Assembly: GCA_964527395.1 (NCBI GenBank)
Contig: CAZGQD010000005.1
Location: forward strand, 6,524-70,523
Direction: 5' to 3'
From: an uncultured Methanosarcinales archaeon
GTDB lineage: Archaea; Nanobdellota; Nanobdellia; Woesearchaeales; GW2011-AR9
DNA: 64,000 nucleotides
Of the stretch, positions 37,978 through 47,456 are shown piece after piece; position 1 is the first letter of the stretch; the number at the start of each line of letters is the position of its first letter. Position numbers and translations under genes: made by a program. The notes under the pieces are model-generated. The model was not told where the DNA came from. It did not search any database and saw nothing but the letters and a program-made list of their open reading frames with translations.

Positions 37978-39396
37978 TTACTCACTAAGAATACCAAAAC
38001 CGATTAATCTGAATCTGTCACCAATACGTCTACTGATTGTAATTCTGTCACCAACATTTGCAGCAATTGGAAGCCTTAGATTTAGGATTGTGTTTTTCTT
38101 TGAAGGGTCTAAAACTATACCTACAGAGGTTTGTGATTGAACGTTTAGTAAAAGCATTTCGTTTTTAGCTAATGGTTTTACTTGAGTTTCTTGTTTTGTT
38201 CCTAAAACACGTTCTAATAGATTTGTTTTGATCTTAATTTTGTAGTGAACAGGAGGTAATGTACCTGGTTTTCCAACTAATGCACCAGAAAGTGCATCTG
38301 ATTTAACTACGCTAGGGTCTAAGCTGGTTCCAAGAGCCATGGATCCACCTGGGCCGATTTTTTTAGTGGGAGTGCCTCCAGTGAATATTTGTGTGATTTT
38401 TGTAGTGATAGGTATCCAAATTCTTTTGTTTTTTTCTTGGATCATGTAACCTGGAACAATTTCTATTTCGTCACCTATTTTGAAAGTGCCTTGTTTAACT
38501 GTACCGCCTAGAACTCCACCAAGTATTTTGTCTGGAGTTGAACCAGGTTTGTTAATGTCGAATGATCTTGCAGTGAGCATTAAAGGAGTTGCTTTTTCAT
38601 CTCTTTTTGGAGTTTTGAATCTCTCTTGGATTGTTTTTAAAAGCATATCTATGTTGATGTTTGCCCTTGCTGAGATAGGGATGATTGGAGTTCCTTCAAA
38701 ACCAGTTTCTTTTAAGAATTCTTTAATTTGATTGTAAGATTTGATTGCTGTTTCTCTAGGAACTAAATCTATTTTGTTTTGAACAATGATTATATTAGTG
38801 ATGCCTGAAATTTGAAGAGCCATTAAGTGTTCTCTTGTTTGGGGTTGAGGACATTTTTCATTGGCTGCTACCATTAAAATTGCACCATCTACAATAGCAG
38901 CTCCTGAAAGCATAGTTGCCATTAAAGATTCATGACCAGGAGCATCAACAAGAGAGATTTTTCTGATGAATTTAGTTTCTTTGTTAGATTTGATTGATTT
39001 TGTTTTTGTAGTATAGAAATCATTCTCTTCATCGTAATTTATTGAGAAATCTGCATATCCTAGCCTAATTGTAATTCCTTTTTTTAATTCTTCTGAGTGT
39101 GTATCTGTCCATTTTCCACTTAATCTTTCTGTTAAAGTGGTTTTTCCATGATCAACATGACCAACTAAGGCGATATTTAACTCTGGTTGAGTTGAATCTT
39201 TGCTTTTTGAAGAAGTTTTAGGTGATTTTGTGCTTTTAGTTTTTTTAGCTTTTGTTTTTGTACTTTTTGTTTTAGTTGTTTTGGTTTTTTTATTAGAAGT
39301 TTTCTTTTTTTCGCTAGTTTTTTTGGTTTTGCTCTTTTTAGTAGCAGTATTTTCTTTATTACTACTTTTTTCTTTAGAAGAGTCGTTTTTTACCAT
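37978..39396 (-). CDS. eif2g: translation initiation factor aIF2 gamma subunit with Lys-rich N-terminal extension
   Basis: GHVDHGKTTL, DAPGHE, QNKIDL. ~70-aa K/T/S low-complexity head. Confidence 0.9.
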   Translation of the reverse strand: MVKNDSSKEKSSNKENTATKKSKTKKTSEKKKTSNKKTKTTKTKSTKTKAKKTKSTKSPKTSSKSKDSTQPELNIALVGHVDHGKTTLTERLSGKWTDTHSEELKKGITIRLGYADFSINYDEENDFYTTKTKSIKSNKETKFIRKISLVDAPGHESLMATMLSGAAIVDGAILMVAANEKCPQPQTREHLMALQISGITNIIIVQNKIDLVPRETAIKSYNQIKEFLKETGFEGTPIIPISARANINIDMLLKTIQERFKTPKRDEKATPLMLTARSFDINKPGSTPDKILGGVLGGTVKQGTFKIGDEIEIVPGYMIQEKNKRIWIPITTKITQIFTGGTPTKKIGPGGSMALGTSLDPSVVKSDALSGALVGKPGTLPPVHYKIKIKTNLLERVLGTKQETQVKPLAKNEMLLLNVQSQTSVGIVLDPSKKNTILNLRLPIAANVGDRITISRRIGDRFRLIGFGILSE

Positions 39397-39420
39397 TTGC
39401 TAGCAAAATGAGGAGTTTTA

Positions 39421-39428
39421 TTTATAAA
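39421..39428. promoter_or_regulatory. single palindromic TATA box shared by two divergent leaderless genes
   Basis: TTTATAAA lies 25 nt from the minus-strand ATG (39396) and 24 nt from the plus-strand ATG (39452). Confidence 0.5.
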
Positions 39429-39451
39429 GCTTTGTTTGATTTTATGAGTAA

Positions 39452-40468
39452 ATGGCAGCTAGCATGAAAAGAACAGGAAATAGAAGGAAGAAATATGTTA
39501 AATCTTTTCCAAAAGTAGATATTCCAGTATTTTTAGCACCTATGGCAGGAGTTACTAATGCAGCTTTTAGAGTTTTATGTAAAAGAATGGGAGCGGGGAT
39601 TTGTTATACAGAATTTTTAAGTTCAGATGCGATTGTTAAGTATAAAAAAGAGATAGATCAAGGAGTAATTAATCCTATTTTTGATGTTCAGGAAGAGGAA
39701 AGGCCAGTTGTGACGCAGATATTTGGAGAAGATCCTGACAAAATTTTTGAGGCAGCTAAGTCTCTTGTTGGTAGAACTGATGTGATTGATTTAAATGTAG
39801 GGTGTCCAGCACCTAAAATATTGGCTTGTGGAGGTGGAGCTGCATTATTGCTTGATTTAGATAAATTGAGATTGATTTTGGAGAAATTGAATACGCTACC
39901 TGTACCAATTTCGTGCAAAATTAGGATTGGGGTTAGTTCTAGTCGGATTGTGGCTCTGGAGGTGGCTAAAATAGCTGAAGAGACTGGCTGTTGTGCTATA
40001 GCTATACATGGGCGTACGATCAAACAAGGGTATTCAGGAGAAGCAGATTGGTCGTGGATCAAAAAGGTGAAAGAGCTTGTATCTATCTCAGTTATAGGGA
40101 ATGGAGATATTAATTCTGTTAGTGATGTGATCAATCGGATGGAAGAGACTGGTTGTGATTATGTGATGGTTGGTAGGGCAGCAATGAGAGATCCTTTCTT
40201 TTTTAAGAAGGTTAAACATTATTTTGAGACTGGAGAAGAACTTGCAGATATTAGTTTATGTGAGAAAATGGAGTTATTTTTTGAATATAAGGATTTACTT
40301 GAAGAATATGGTCTTTTATCGTTTAATTTGTTGAAATCTGCTTTTATTCAGTTTACAAAAGGTTATCGTGGTGGAAAGAAGCTTCGTGGTGAGCTTTCTA
40401 AAATTAAGAATCAAGAGGAACTTTTGAATTTGGCAGAATTTTTAGTATCAAAAGAAAAATTGTTTTAA
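39452..40468 (+). CDS. dus: tRNA-dihydrouridine synthase
   Basis: FLAPMAGVTNAAFRVLC, DLNVGCPAPK, AIAIHGRT, GNGDI. Confidence 0.85.
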   Translation: MAASMKRTGNRRKKYVKSFPKVDIPVFLAPMAGVTNAAFRVLCKRMGAGICYTEFLSSDAIVKYKKEIDQGVINPIFDVQEEERPVVTQIFGEDPDKIFEAAKSLVGRTDVIDLNVGCPAPKILACGGGAALLLDLDKLRLILEKLNTLPVPISCKIRIGVSSSRIVALEVAKIAEETGCCAIAIHGRTIKQGYSGEADWSWIKKVKELVSISVIGNGDINSVSDVINRMEETGCDYVMVGRAAMRDPFFFKKVKHYFETGEELADISLCEKMELFFEYKDLLEEYGLLSFNLLKSAFIQFTKGYRGGKKLRGELSKIKNQEELLNLAEFLVSKEKLF

Positions 40469-40495
40469 AAAAGTAATTAGTTAGAAAAGATGCGA

Positions 40496-40693
40496 TTATT
40501 GAAGCTTTGCTTCTGCTTTTTTTAGCCTTGTCATGTAACCAGCCATGATGTTTCTGATCTTTTTACATTCAACTTTAGCAAATTCATCTACCAAAGGCTT
40601 GTTTTTTTGGAATTCTTCAGTGAATTTTTCACCATGAATTTTAAGTAATTCTTTGGTTTTTCGCTTTACAAATGTGGTCTTAATTCGTCCCAT
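40496..40693 (-). CDS. rps17e: 30S ribosomal protein S17e
   Basis: MGRIKTTFVKRKTKELL...KFTEEFQKNK...KKIRNIMAGYMT. Confidence 0.9.
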   Translation of the reverse strand: MGRIKTTFVKRKTKELLKIHGEKFTEEFQKNKPLVDEFAKVECKKIRNIMAGYMTRLKKAEAKLQ

Positions 40694-40716
40694 TGTATGC
40701 TTTTGGAGCTAACTAG

Positions 40717-40728
40717 TTTATAAAGCTT
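40717..40728 (-). promoter_or_regulatory. BRE/TATA for rps17e
   Basis: The minus strand reads AAGC-TTTATAAA, 24 nt upstream of ATG 40693. Confidence 0.5.
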
Positions 40729-40769
40729 GTGCTTGGTGCTTAGAAAATGGGCTTTTTTTGATGGATATT

Positions 40770-40994
40770 TTATAGTCTTTTGTGAAGTTTGTCGATTTCT
40801 TCAATTTCAGCTTTTTTAATCTCAAGAATGGTTTGAGATAGATCTTGAATCAATTCTGTCATTTTTTGAGCTTTTTTGTGTTGTTTTATTAGTAAGGTGA
40901 CTAGAACAATTGCTTGAATGATTAAGATTATTGTAATGATTAGCATGCCAATAACTAATTCAACTAATGGAATGTCAATACCGAATGCAATCAT
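40770..40994 (-). CDS. small membrane protein with C-terminal helical tail
   Basis: 74 aa. One long TM segment (LVIGMLIITIILIIQAIVLVTLLI), then a charged helix. Confidence 0.4.
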   Translation of the reverse strand: MIAFGIDIPLVELVIGMLIITIILIIQAIVLVTLLIKQHKKAQKMTELIQDLSQTILEIKKAEIEEIDKLHKRL

Positions 40995-41095
40995 TTTGTT
41001 TTATTCACCTTTGTTTGGAAGTAAGGAAATTTCCTTCTTAAATGTTTTTGTTTTGTGATAATTTATTGAATAATTATATCTTGTTTGTGTTTGAA

Positions 41096-44000
41096 TCAGT
41101 TAGATTCAATAGTTTCACTTGTTTCTTGATTTTCTTCTGGGCCAAGGTAGGTTTCGAATTCGTTTTCTGAAATAACTGTTGTTCCTTGAAGTATTTTCAT
41201 GTTGATGTTGTATGTTCCTTCTGTGTAGATTTCTGGATTATACTCGAATTGTTGTGCGAATATGAATCCTTCTTCTGATTCTACTGGGTATGGACCGTAG
41301 AGTTCAGAGAAATATGTTTTTTGACTTGGAAAGAATCTGCCAATGATAGGTATTTTAGAGAGTGTGCTTTTTTCACTTTCTTTTATAATGTTTATTTCAA
41401 GGTAATAATCGTCATTTGAGATGAATTCGAATACTTTGTTTTGGTCAGTTGATCCAATTAGGTTTCCAGTGATGCTGTTTGAAGCAGTGCTGTCTGAATT
41501 AGATTCTGTTGCTTCTTCATCTTTATTTTCATTGTTTTCTTCTTTTCCATCTTCTTTTTCACTTTCTTTATTATTTATGATCATAGAATAAAGATCCAAT
41601 GTGTTTTTTGTTGTGTCTGGGATAACAGCACTAGCAATTGTTGGAATGTTTTTTATGTTGATTTCTTGTTCAAGGATGGTTCCATCATAAGCAGCTAGTT
41701 CTATTTTAATTGGAATGCTATTTTCTGTACTGAACCCGCTTAAAATGTCTAAATCTAAATCTAATTTTTCTCCAGGTTTTAAGTTAATAATATCTGCATT
41801 TGCTAGGTTTGCTGCTAACAAATCTCCTTCAATTGTAGTTTTTGATGTTTTTAGGCCTTTTTTGATTTTTTCATTTGATAATTGTTTTCTAGTGACGATT
41901 AATTTAGTTTCTTCTTTAGGTGTTTGAAGAATTGGTTTTAGTTGCATTTCTTTATCCCCGGTATTTTCAAGTTTGAATGTAATAGTTTGTTTAGTTTGTT
42001 TAGCAGTAGCAATTGCATCTTGTTTGTTTTGAATTTTAGAGATAGTTTTAGTAGTAGTTTTATCAAGTGAGTTTTGAGTAGAGCTGTCTTCTTGACTATC
42101 TTCTAGACTTGTTGTACTGGATGGAATAGTTTTTGTAGTTGAAATTTTAAGATTTTCTTTGATTTTTTGAATGTCTTTGAACATATCTTTAGTAGGAGGA
42201 GGTAGAGATTCACCTGATTCTATTCTGAGGATTTGTTTTTTTAGTTCTTGGTCGTATCCTAGATTTTGAATATTTAAGATTAGGTTTTTTGGTGGAAGGG
42301 ACTCTTGTGTTTGAGTTGAGTCTTTTGGTGGAAGAGTAGTAGATTGTTTAGGAGGTTTTGGAGGTAATGATTCTTTTGGTGGTAATGGGGAATCGCTTGA
42401 GCTAGGTGAAGAAGTTCCACTACTACTTCCACCACCAACAAAACAAGTTTGGCTTGTTGCTGGTTTATTGAATAAAGTAACACAAGCGTTGTTGTCCACA
42501 CAATTTCTGATTCTTGTGTTAGTTTGACCATTACAGCCAGACCAAGAGGTACAAGTCCAAAATTCGTTACAAAGCATTAATGGGAGGATGTCTCCTTGAG
42601 ATGTTGGTGTAATATCATCGTCGTTGTCCCAAGGAAGCTGTGTGTCTCCAATAAAGTCGTTACTTACAGTTGAAGGGTAAGCAATTCCACCACCATTGTC
42701 TCTACCAGAATAATTATTCCAGTAATTTCCACCAGAGCAGTTTCCACCAATTATGTTTGAGTAAGAATCTGAACATGCATAAGATCCATTCCAAGAGTTA
42801 ACACGGAGTGTAGATATAGCATTATTTGCAGAAGCATTTAAGATATTGTTAATGATGGTGTTGTTTCCTGAGGTAACAAATCTGATTGCAGTAGTGTCTG
42901 TGAATTCATTATGGAAAATTGAGTTGTTTGTAGAGTCTACAAAATAAATACCTTCAACATTAGTACTGAAGTTTATCCATGTTATGTTTGATTTTGATAA
43001 ATTGTCTCCTAATATCCCATCTGAGAAATTAATTATTGAACCGTTTAGAATAGTGATGTTATTTATATCTGTTAATGTGAAACCTCTTTTGCTTTTAACT
43101 CCAGTGATGTTGTATCCGTTTAGATCTAAAGTGAGATTGTCTGTTTGAATATCATAGCAATGTTGAGGTCCAGTTTGAATGTTTTCGTTCCATGTATAAC
43201 TTTGGTTGATGTCTCCACATTGTTTTATGTCAATTGTGTGATTAATCCAGCTTGAATTTGTGATGTTATCTGAAGATTTGAAACCACAAGTGTAATTGTC
43301 ATTGTAACTGGTTAGCATTGAACTGACATTTATTAATTCGTGAAGAGTGTTGTTAGTTACATTCTTTGCTCCTGAATTGATTAAAACAGTGCTGTTGTAT
43401 AATTCCCAATATATTGTTAAGTTTGTAGTTTGATTATCTTCTAAGTTGATGAAACAACTAACATTGTCAAGTGTAAGGTTTGAAGTACTAGTTGTGTTTG
43501 AAATGGCTATTAAAAAGCCAGGAGGGATGTTTTCTTGTGTTTCGTATGTGCTAAATCCTTGTACATTAAATTTGAGTGTGTTTGTGCTGTTTTCATAGCT
43601 TGTAATGTTTGTGGAACTAGTATTATCTGATCTGATGCCATCTTTTAAGATAAAAGGTTGATAATTGTATTCTGGGCTGTAAAAAGTGATGTTAGCAGTA
43701 GTGTTTAATTGTTTTAGGCCAGATTTGTTTGCTATTCCGATAGAATTGCTGTTTAAGAAGATGGTATCTTTAAGAGCAATAGTTTCGTTTCTAATAGTTG
43801 CGTTGAGAACTGTCCAGTTGATGTTTCCAAAACTGTTGTTATATGTAATTATTACTGTTCCTTTTGTGTCTTGATCTTCTATTGTGATGTTATGAACGTT
43901 GATAGTAAGGTTGTTATTAAGTAAGTAGGTATGATTTGTTCCAAGCCCTAAAGTAATTCCACCTTCTATGTTCTCGAAAAAGGTATTATTAATCATTTTA

Positions 44001-44659
44001 GTGTCATTTCCATTTGCTATTTTAATTCCAAATTCTACATTTTCAGTAAGATTGTTTTCTTGGTAAGTATTATTGTTTGTTTGGTCGTTTTCAAAGCCAA
44101 TGCTATTGTTGTAAATATTGTTTTTATAGAAAAATGATGCATTGGTGTTTTCTAATAAGAATGATTTGTTGTTAATTGTGAAATTGTTTTCTAGAATTTG
44201 AAGATTAGTTGTATTTGTTGTATTTATAGCAACAGTGTTGTTGAAAAAATAAATATTCTCAGCAGTTAAGTTGTTTTTGATTCCATTTACTTCAATAGCG
44301 CTTTCGAATTGAGAGATATTTAGTAAGTTTTTGATAACAACTGTAGTAGTGGAGTCATTAATTATGAATGCTGAACCAGTATTGTCTCCAGATACTCCGT
44401 AACCTGCACCATCAATTACAATATTGTTTCCAATAACATTGAAACAGTTTCCTGTAGCAGTTATGTCTGCCGTTAAGGTTGTGGTAGTTGTGATGTCTTG
44501 ACATGCTGCTACTTTAACTTGAGGGTTATCAGGATTTGCTACAGCTGCACCAGTAAGTAGGTTATTAGAAGATAAACTATCGTTTAAAATTAAGATTCCG
44601 CTGGTGAATAGAATTAAAGAAATAAATAGAATAACCAATGCGTTTTTGTGCCACCTCAT
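41096..44659 (-). CDS. giant (1187 aa) anchored beta-helix surface protein, extremely rich in NxS/T sequons
   Basis: TM helix then LLTGAAV. Long runs of PbH1-like repeats (NNIVIDGAGYG, NNTVAINTTN, ...). CNEFWTCTSWSGCNGQTNTRIRNC module. SLPPK repeats. Acidic C-terminal region. Confidence 0.7.
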   Translation of the reverse strand: MRWHKNALVILFISLILFTSGILILNDSLSSNNLLTGAAVANPDNPQVKVAACQDITTTTTLTADITATGNCFNVIGNNIVIDGAGYGVSGDNTGSAFIINDSTTTVVIKNLLNISQFESAIEVNGIKNNLTAENIYFFNNTVAINTTNTTNLQILENNFTINNKSFLLENTNASFFYKNNIYNNSIGFENDQTNNNTYQENNLTENVEFGIKIANGNDTKMINNTFFENIEGGITLGLGTNHTYLLNNNLTINVHNITIEDQDTKGTVIITYNNSFGNINWTVLNATIRNETIALKDTIFLNSNSIGIANKSGLKQLNTTANITFYSPEYNYQPFILKDGIRSDNTSSTNITSYENSTNTLKFNVQGFSTYETQENIPPGFLIAISNTTSTSNLTLDNVSCFINLEDNQTTNLTIYWELYNSTVLINSGAKNVTNNTLHELINVSSMLTSYNDNYTCGFKSSDNITNSSWINHTIDIKQCGDINQSYTWNENIQTGPQHCYDIQTDNLTLDLNGYNITGVKSKRGFTLTDINNITILNGSIINFSDGILGDNLSKSNITWINFSTNVEGIYFVDSTNNSIFHNEFTDTTAIRFVTSGNNTIINNILNASANNAISTLRVNSWNGSYACSDSYSNIIGGNCSGGNYWNNYSGRDNGGGIAYPSTVSNDFIGDTQLPWDNDDDITPTSQGDILPLMLCNEFWTCTSWSGCNGQTNTRIRNCVDNNACVTLFNKPATSQTCFVGGGSSSGTSSPSSSDSPLPPKESLPPKPPKQSTTLPPKDSTQTQESLPPKNLILNIQNLGYDQELKKQILRIESGESLPPPTKDMFKDIQKIKENLKISTTKTIPSSTTSLEDSQEDSSTQNSLDKTTTKTISKIQNKQDAIATAKQTKQTITFKLENTGDKEMQLKPILQTPKEETKLIVTRKQLSNEKIKKGLKTSKTTIEGDLLAANLANADIINLKPGEKLDLDLDILSGFSTENSIPIKIELAAYDGTILEQEINIKNIPTIASAVIPDTTKNTLDLYSMIINNKESEKEDGKEENNENKDEEATESNSDSTASNSITGNLIGSTDQNKVFEFISNDDYYLEINIIKESEKSTLSKIPIIGRFFPSQKTYFSELYGPYPVESEEGFIFAQQFEYNPEIYTEGTYNINMKILQGTTVISENEFETYLGPEENQETSETIESN

Positions 44660-44686
44660 CCTCGACGATAAGAGGGGCTTTTTGAT

Positions 44687-45436
44687 TTATAAAGATATGG
44701 TTTGATTCTGAAAAGATTCAGGATTCTTAGTTTCTGGTTGCTTTGTTTCTAGATTTGCTTGGTTATCGTTTGAATTTTGGTTGAGTTTTGTAGTATTATT
44801 CTCTTCAACAGTAATATTCCATTTACTTATAACTTGTTTTAATGGCATACCAATAGCTATGTCATTTACGTATTTTTTGTACAATTTTAGTTCTTCTACG
44901 TGTTTTGTGCAGAGTTTTTCTAGAATTTGCCGTGTTGTGTTCATAGCTTTGAAATTGGAACCATTACTTTTATAGTAGTTCTCTTGCAAAATTGTGCAAT
45001 CTTCTTTTTTTTGCTTCTTTGCTTTAGGGATTTGAACTTTTACTGATCCGTCTTTTTTGAAACTGAAAGAGAAAGGGAACATTCTACAAATTGCAGGTCT
45101 GTCATTGAAAACTTGGCAGCCTTCTTTATCTATGAGGAAATGGCAATTTCCATCTTTTCTGATCAATTGTAAGACTTTGTTGTCTCTATATGCTTCAAAC
45201 ATGAATGGGTCAGATTCTTCAATGCCTTTAGCAAAACTTTCTTTAACTTCTTTAAAAACTGCTATTTGTTCTGGTTCTAAGTTAGTTACTTTAGTAATTC
45301 TTAGAACATCGTGTAAAGTTACAAAAATACCGCTCCCTGAACCAGTACAGCAGCTGCCACCTTCGTTAACACATCTTTCACAAGCAGAAAGGTTTGAATA
45401 TGAATCGTCATCAGTTAATACGTTAAGTTTTACCAT
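44687..45436 (-). CDS. YkgJ-family Cys-cluster (CxxCxxGGSCC) protein
   Basis: CERCVNEGGSCCTGSG...GNCHFL...GCQVFNDRPAICRMFPF. Confidence 0.7.
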   Translation of the reverse strand: MVKLNVLTDDDSYSNLSACERCVNEGGSCCTGSGSGIFVTLHDVLRITKVTNLEPEQIAVFKEVKESFAKGIEESDPFMFEAYRDNKVLQLIRKDGNCHFLIDKEGCQVFNDRPAICRMFPFSFSFKKDGSVKVQIPKAKKQKKEDCTILQENYYKSNGSNFKAMNTTRQILEKLCTKHVEELKLYKKYVNDIAIGMPLKQVISKWNITVEENNTTKLNQNSNDNQANLETKQPETKNPESFQNQTISL

Positions 45437-45480
45437 CTGCCAGATTTGTAGCTTTTGGTTTATTAGCTTATCTGTTTTAG

Positions 45481-45641
45481 AAGAATCTGTAGGAGATGTA
45501 TGGGGGGCGTTTGTTGCAGAACGGGAACTGTTTCGCTAGAGTAATAGTAAACGACCCGAGAGAGTGGAACGAACGAGTGTTGAGAAGAGCCTATTCGCTT
45601 TTCGCCCTCATCGAGCAACGCGAGATCTCCTACAGATTCTT
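45481..45641. ncRNA. 161-nt GC-enriched island closed by a perfect 17-bp stem (candidate structured RNA or MITE-like element); strand unknown
   Basis: AAGAATCTGTAGGAGAT (45481-97) pairs with ATCTCCTACAGATTCTT (45625-41). Inner helix GGGGGCG (45503-09)/CGCCCTC (45603-09). Located in a divergent intergenic region. Confidence 0.45.
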
Positions 45642-45685
45642 GAATAGGATAGTCTTAAATAGTAATTTTGCTTGTTTTATTAATT

Positions 45686-45943
45686 ATGGCAAAAGATTTA
45701 CAATTGGATGCACAAAAATTAGGACTTTCTTTAGGGATTGTAGGAGCTGTTTTCTTGTTTTGTTCAACAGTTTTGAGTCTTTTAGGATGGTCTGATTCAT
45801 ATAGCTTCTTTGCTTCAACATTATTTGGAAATTTAGGTTATAGTTTAAGTGTAATTGGAGCAATTTTAGGAGCAATATACGGTTTTGTGTGGGGCTATGT
45901 TTTAGGTTATGTAATAGGCTGGCTCTACAATAGAATTGAATGA
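45686..45943 (+). CDS. small membrane protein
   Basis: 85 aa from ATG 45686. Two or three Gly/aromatic-rich TM segments. Confidence 0.45.
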   Translation: MAKDLQLDAQKLGLSLGIVGAVFLFCSTVLSLLGWSDSYSFFASTLFGNLGYSLSVIGAILGAIYGFVWGYVLGYVIGWLYNRIE

Positions 45944-46019
45944 TTTTTTTCTTTGATTTTCTTGGTATGATGATTTTTGGTAATAGCTTTTAAAAAAAAG
46001 GTTATTTTTTTGCTTTTTT

Positions 46020-46697
46020 ATGAGCTTATTTGAAATAGTTAGAAAAAATTCCAGTAGGGTTTTCTTAGGAGCAGGAATTGCTTTAGGGGTGGCAGCATAT
46101 GAAAGAGGGGATTTAGAAGCAGCTTTAGTTTTTCCAGTAATTGGTTTGTGTGGTTTTGCTTATTATAGAGATCGAGAAAATGAAATACTGGATTTTGAGG
46201 AGGAAATAGAAAATTATCTTCGAGAGAAGAAATTCATAATGCCAAGAGAGGTAATTGAGTCATTTATTAATACTGAAATTAAATTTTATCAACAGGGATT
46301 AAAAACAGGTAATTATAGAAATGTTAGAATTAAAAGAGATGGAGATAATCTTTTCGTTCATGCAGATATGGACGGAATATTAGATAAAGGTTATGAAGAA
46401 TTTAAATATTTCACATCTAGGAGAAGAGGAAATTTTTCAATTACAATCATTAAGGAAGTTTCAAGTAAGGAAATAATTTATTTTTTTGGAGAGTATCATT
46501 TTCCAGAAAATAATTTAGTTATTAATGTAGAAAAAGATGATTTAGGTGATTATAAAGGAAAATTAAGACTGCGTGATAAAGATGAAGACTTTAAATTATC
46601 TGTAAAACAGATGGATAGAGCATTGTTTTTTGCTTATACTGTTTTTGCTTTAGGGAAATCAAAAGTATATTTTTCAGATAGAGAAATAGTTGGTTAG
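46020..46697 (+). CDS. hypothetical protein with N-terminal membrane segments
   Basis: 225-aa ORF. No motif recognised. Confidence 0.4.
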   Translation: MSLFEIVRKNSSRVFLGAGIALGVAAYERGDLEAALVFPVIGLCGFAYYRDRENEILDFEEEIENYLREKKFIMPREVIESFINTEIKFYQQGLKTGNYRNVRIKRDGDNLFVHADMDGILDKGYEEFKYFTSRRRGNFSITIIKEVSSKEIIYFFGEYHFPENNLVINVEKDDLGDYKGKLRLRDKDEDFKLSVKQMDRALFFAYTVFALGKSKVYFSDREIVG

Positions 46698-46728
46698 GGA
46701 AAATAATAAGAGAAATAGGAATTACGGG

Positions 46729-47064
46729 TCAATACAACCGCATACCATTCTTCACTTTTTTATCTACTGTGCTGATAACTACACCGTTTTTTCCATCAAA
46801 ACCAGTAGTTAGAACCTCTGACATGAAAGGACCAATTTGTTTTTTAGGGAAATTAGTTACACAAATTACTTGTTTGCCAATTAAGTTTTCTTTTTGGTAT
46901 TCTTTTGTAACTTGAGCACTGGATTTTTTGATCCCTAGTTCACCTAAGTCAATTTTGAGTTTGTATGAAGGGTTTCTAGCTTCAGGGAAGTCTTCTACTT
47001 CAATGATGGTTCCAATTCTAAGGTCAACTTTTGTGAAATCTTCGTATGTGATTGTATTTGTCAT
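46729..47064 (-). CDS. csaA: tRNA-binding domain protein (CsaA/Trbp111 type)
   Basis: [33 protein letters not shown]...[20 protein letters not shown]. Confidence 0.8.
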   Translation of the reverse strand: MTNTITYEDFTKVDLRIGTIIEVEDFPEARNPSYKLKIDLGELGIKKSSAQVTKEYQKENLIGKQVICVTNFPKKQIGPFMSEVLTTGFDGKNGVVISTVDKKVKNGMRLY

Positions 47065-47188
47065 GTTATTAGTTTATTTTGGCTTATATTTAATAATTTA
47101 CCCTAAATATTTTGGTTTTTGCTTTAGAATTTGAGCCTATGTTAGTCTTGAAAAAGAAGTAAAGAAAAAATAAAAATAATTCATGTTT

Positions 47189-47446
47189 TTATTGCCAAAC
47201 TTCGTATTCTTTGATAATTATTACCAAAAATAACACTAGTAAAGCTGCTCCTGCTACCATGTACCAGATGCCTTCATTCAAAGATCCTGTAGCTAGAGAT
47301 TGGAACATACCAAAACCCATAACAATGAAGCCTAACCATAGAAATTTGTCTAAGACTAGTTTCATGATTTCGAATTCTTGAGCTGCAGTCATACGCTTTT
47401 TACCGCTTTTTGCAACAGATCCTCTTTTTGATTTTTTTCTTGCCAT
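47189..47446 (-). CDS. small membrane protein
   Basis: 85 aa. Basic N-tail and two TM helices. Directly downstream of the pilin-like gene. Confidence 0.4.
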   Translation of the reverse strand: MARKKSKRGSVAKSGKKRMTAAQEFEIMKLVLDKFLWLGFIVMGFGMFQSLATGSLNEGIWYMVAGAALLVLFLVIIIKEYEVWQ

Positions 47447-47456
47447 TTAATATCAC

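Noticed and set aside
45057-45795. ORFs 45057..45539 and 45496..45795 spanning the YkgJ-like gene antisense strand and the 161-nt GC island.
   Set aside because: The first is antisense to a motif-bearing gene. The second runs through the stem-closed element and then out of frame across the start of the membrane-protein gene that begins at ATG 45686.
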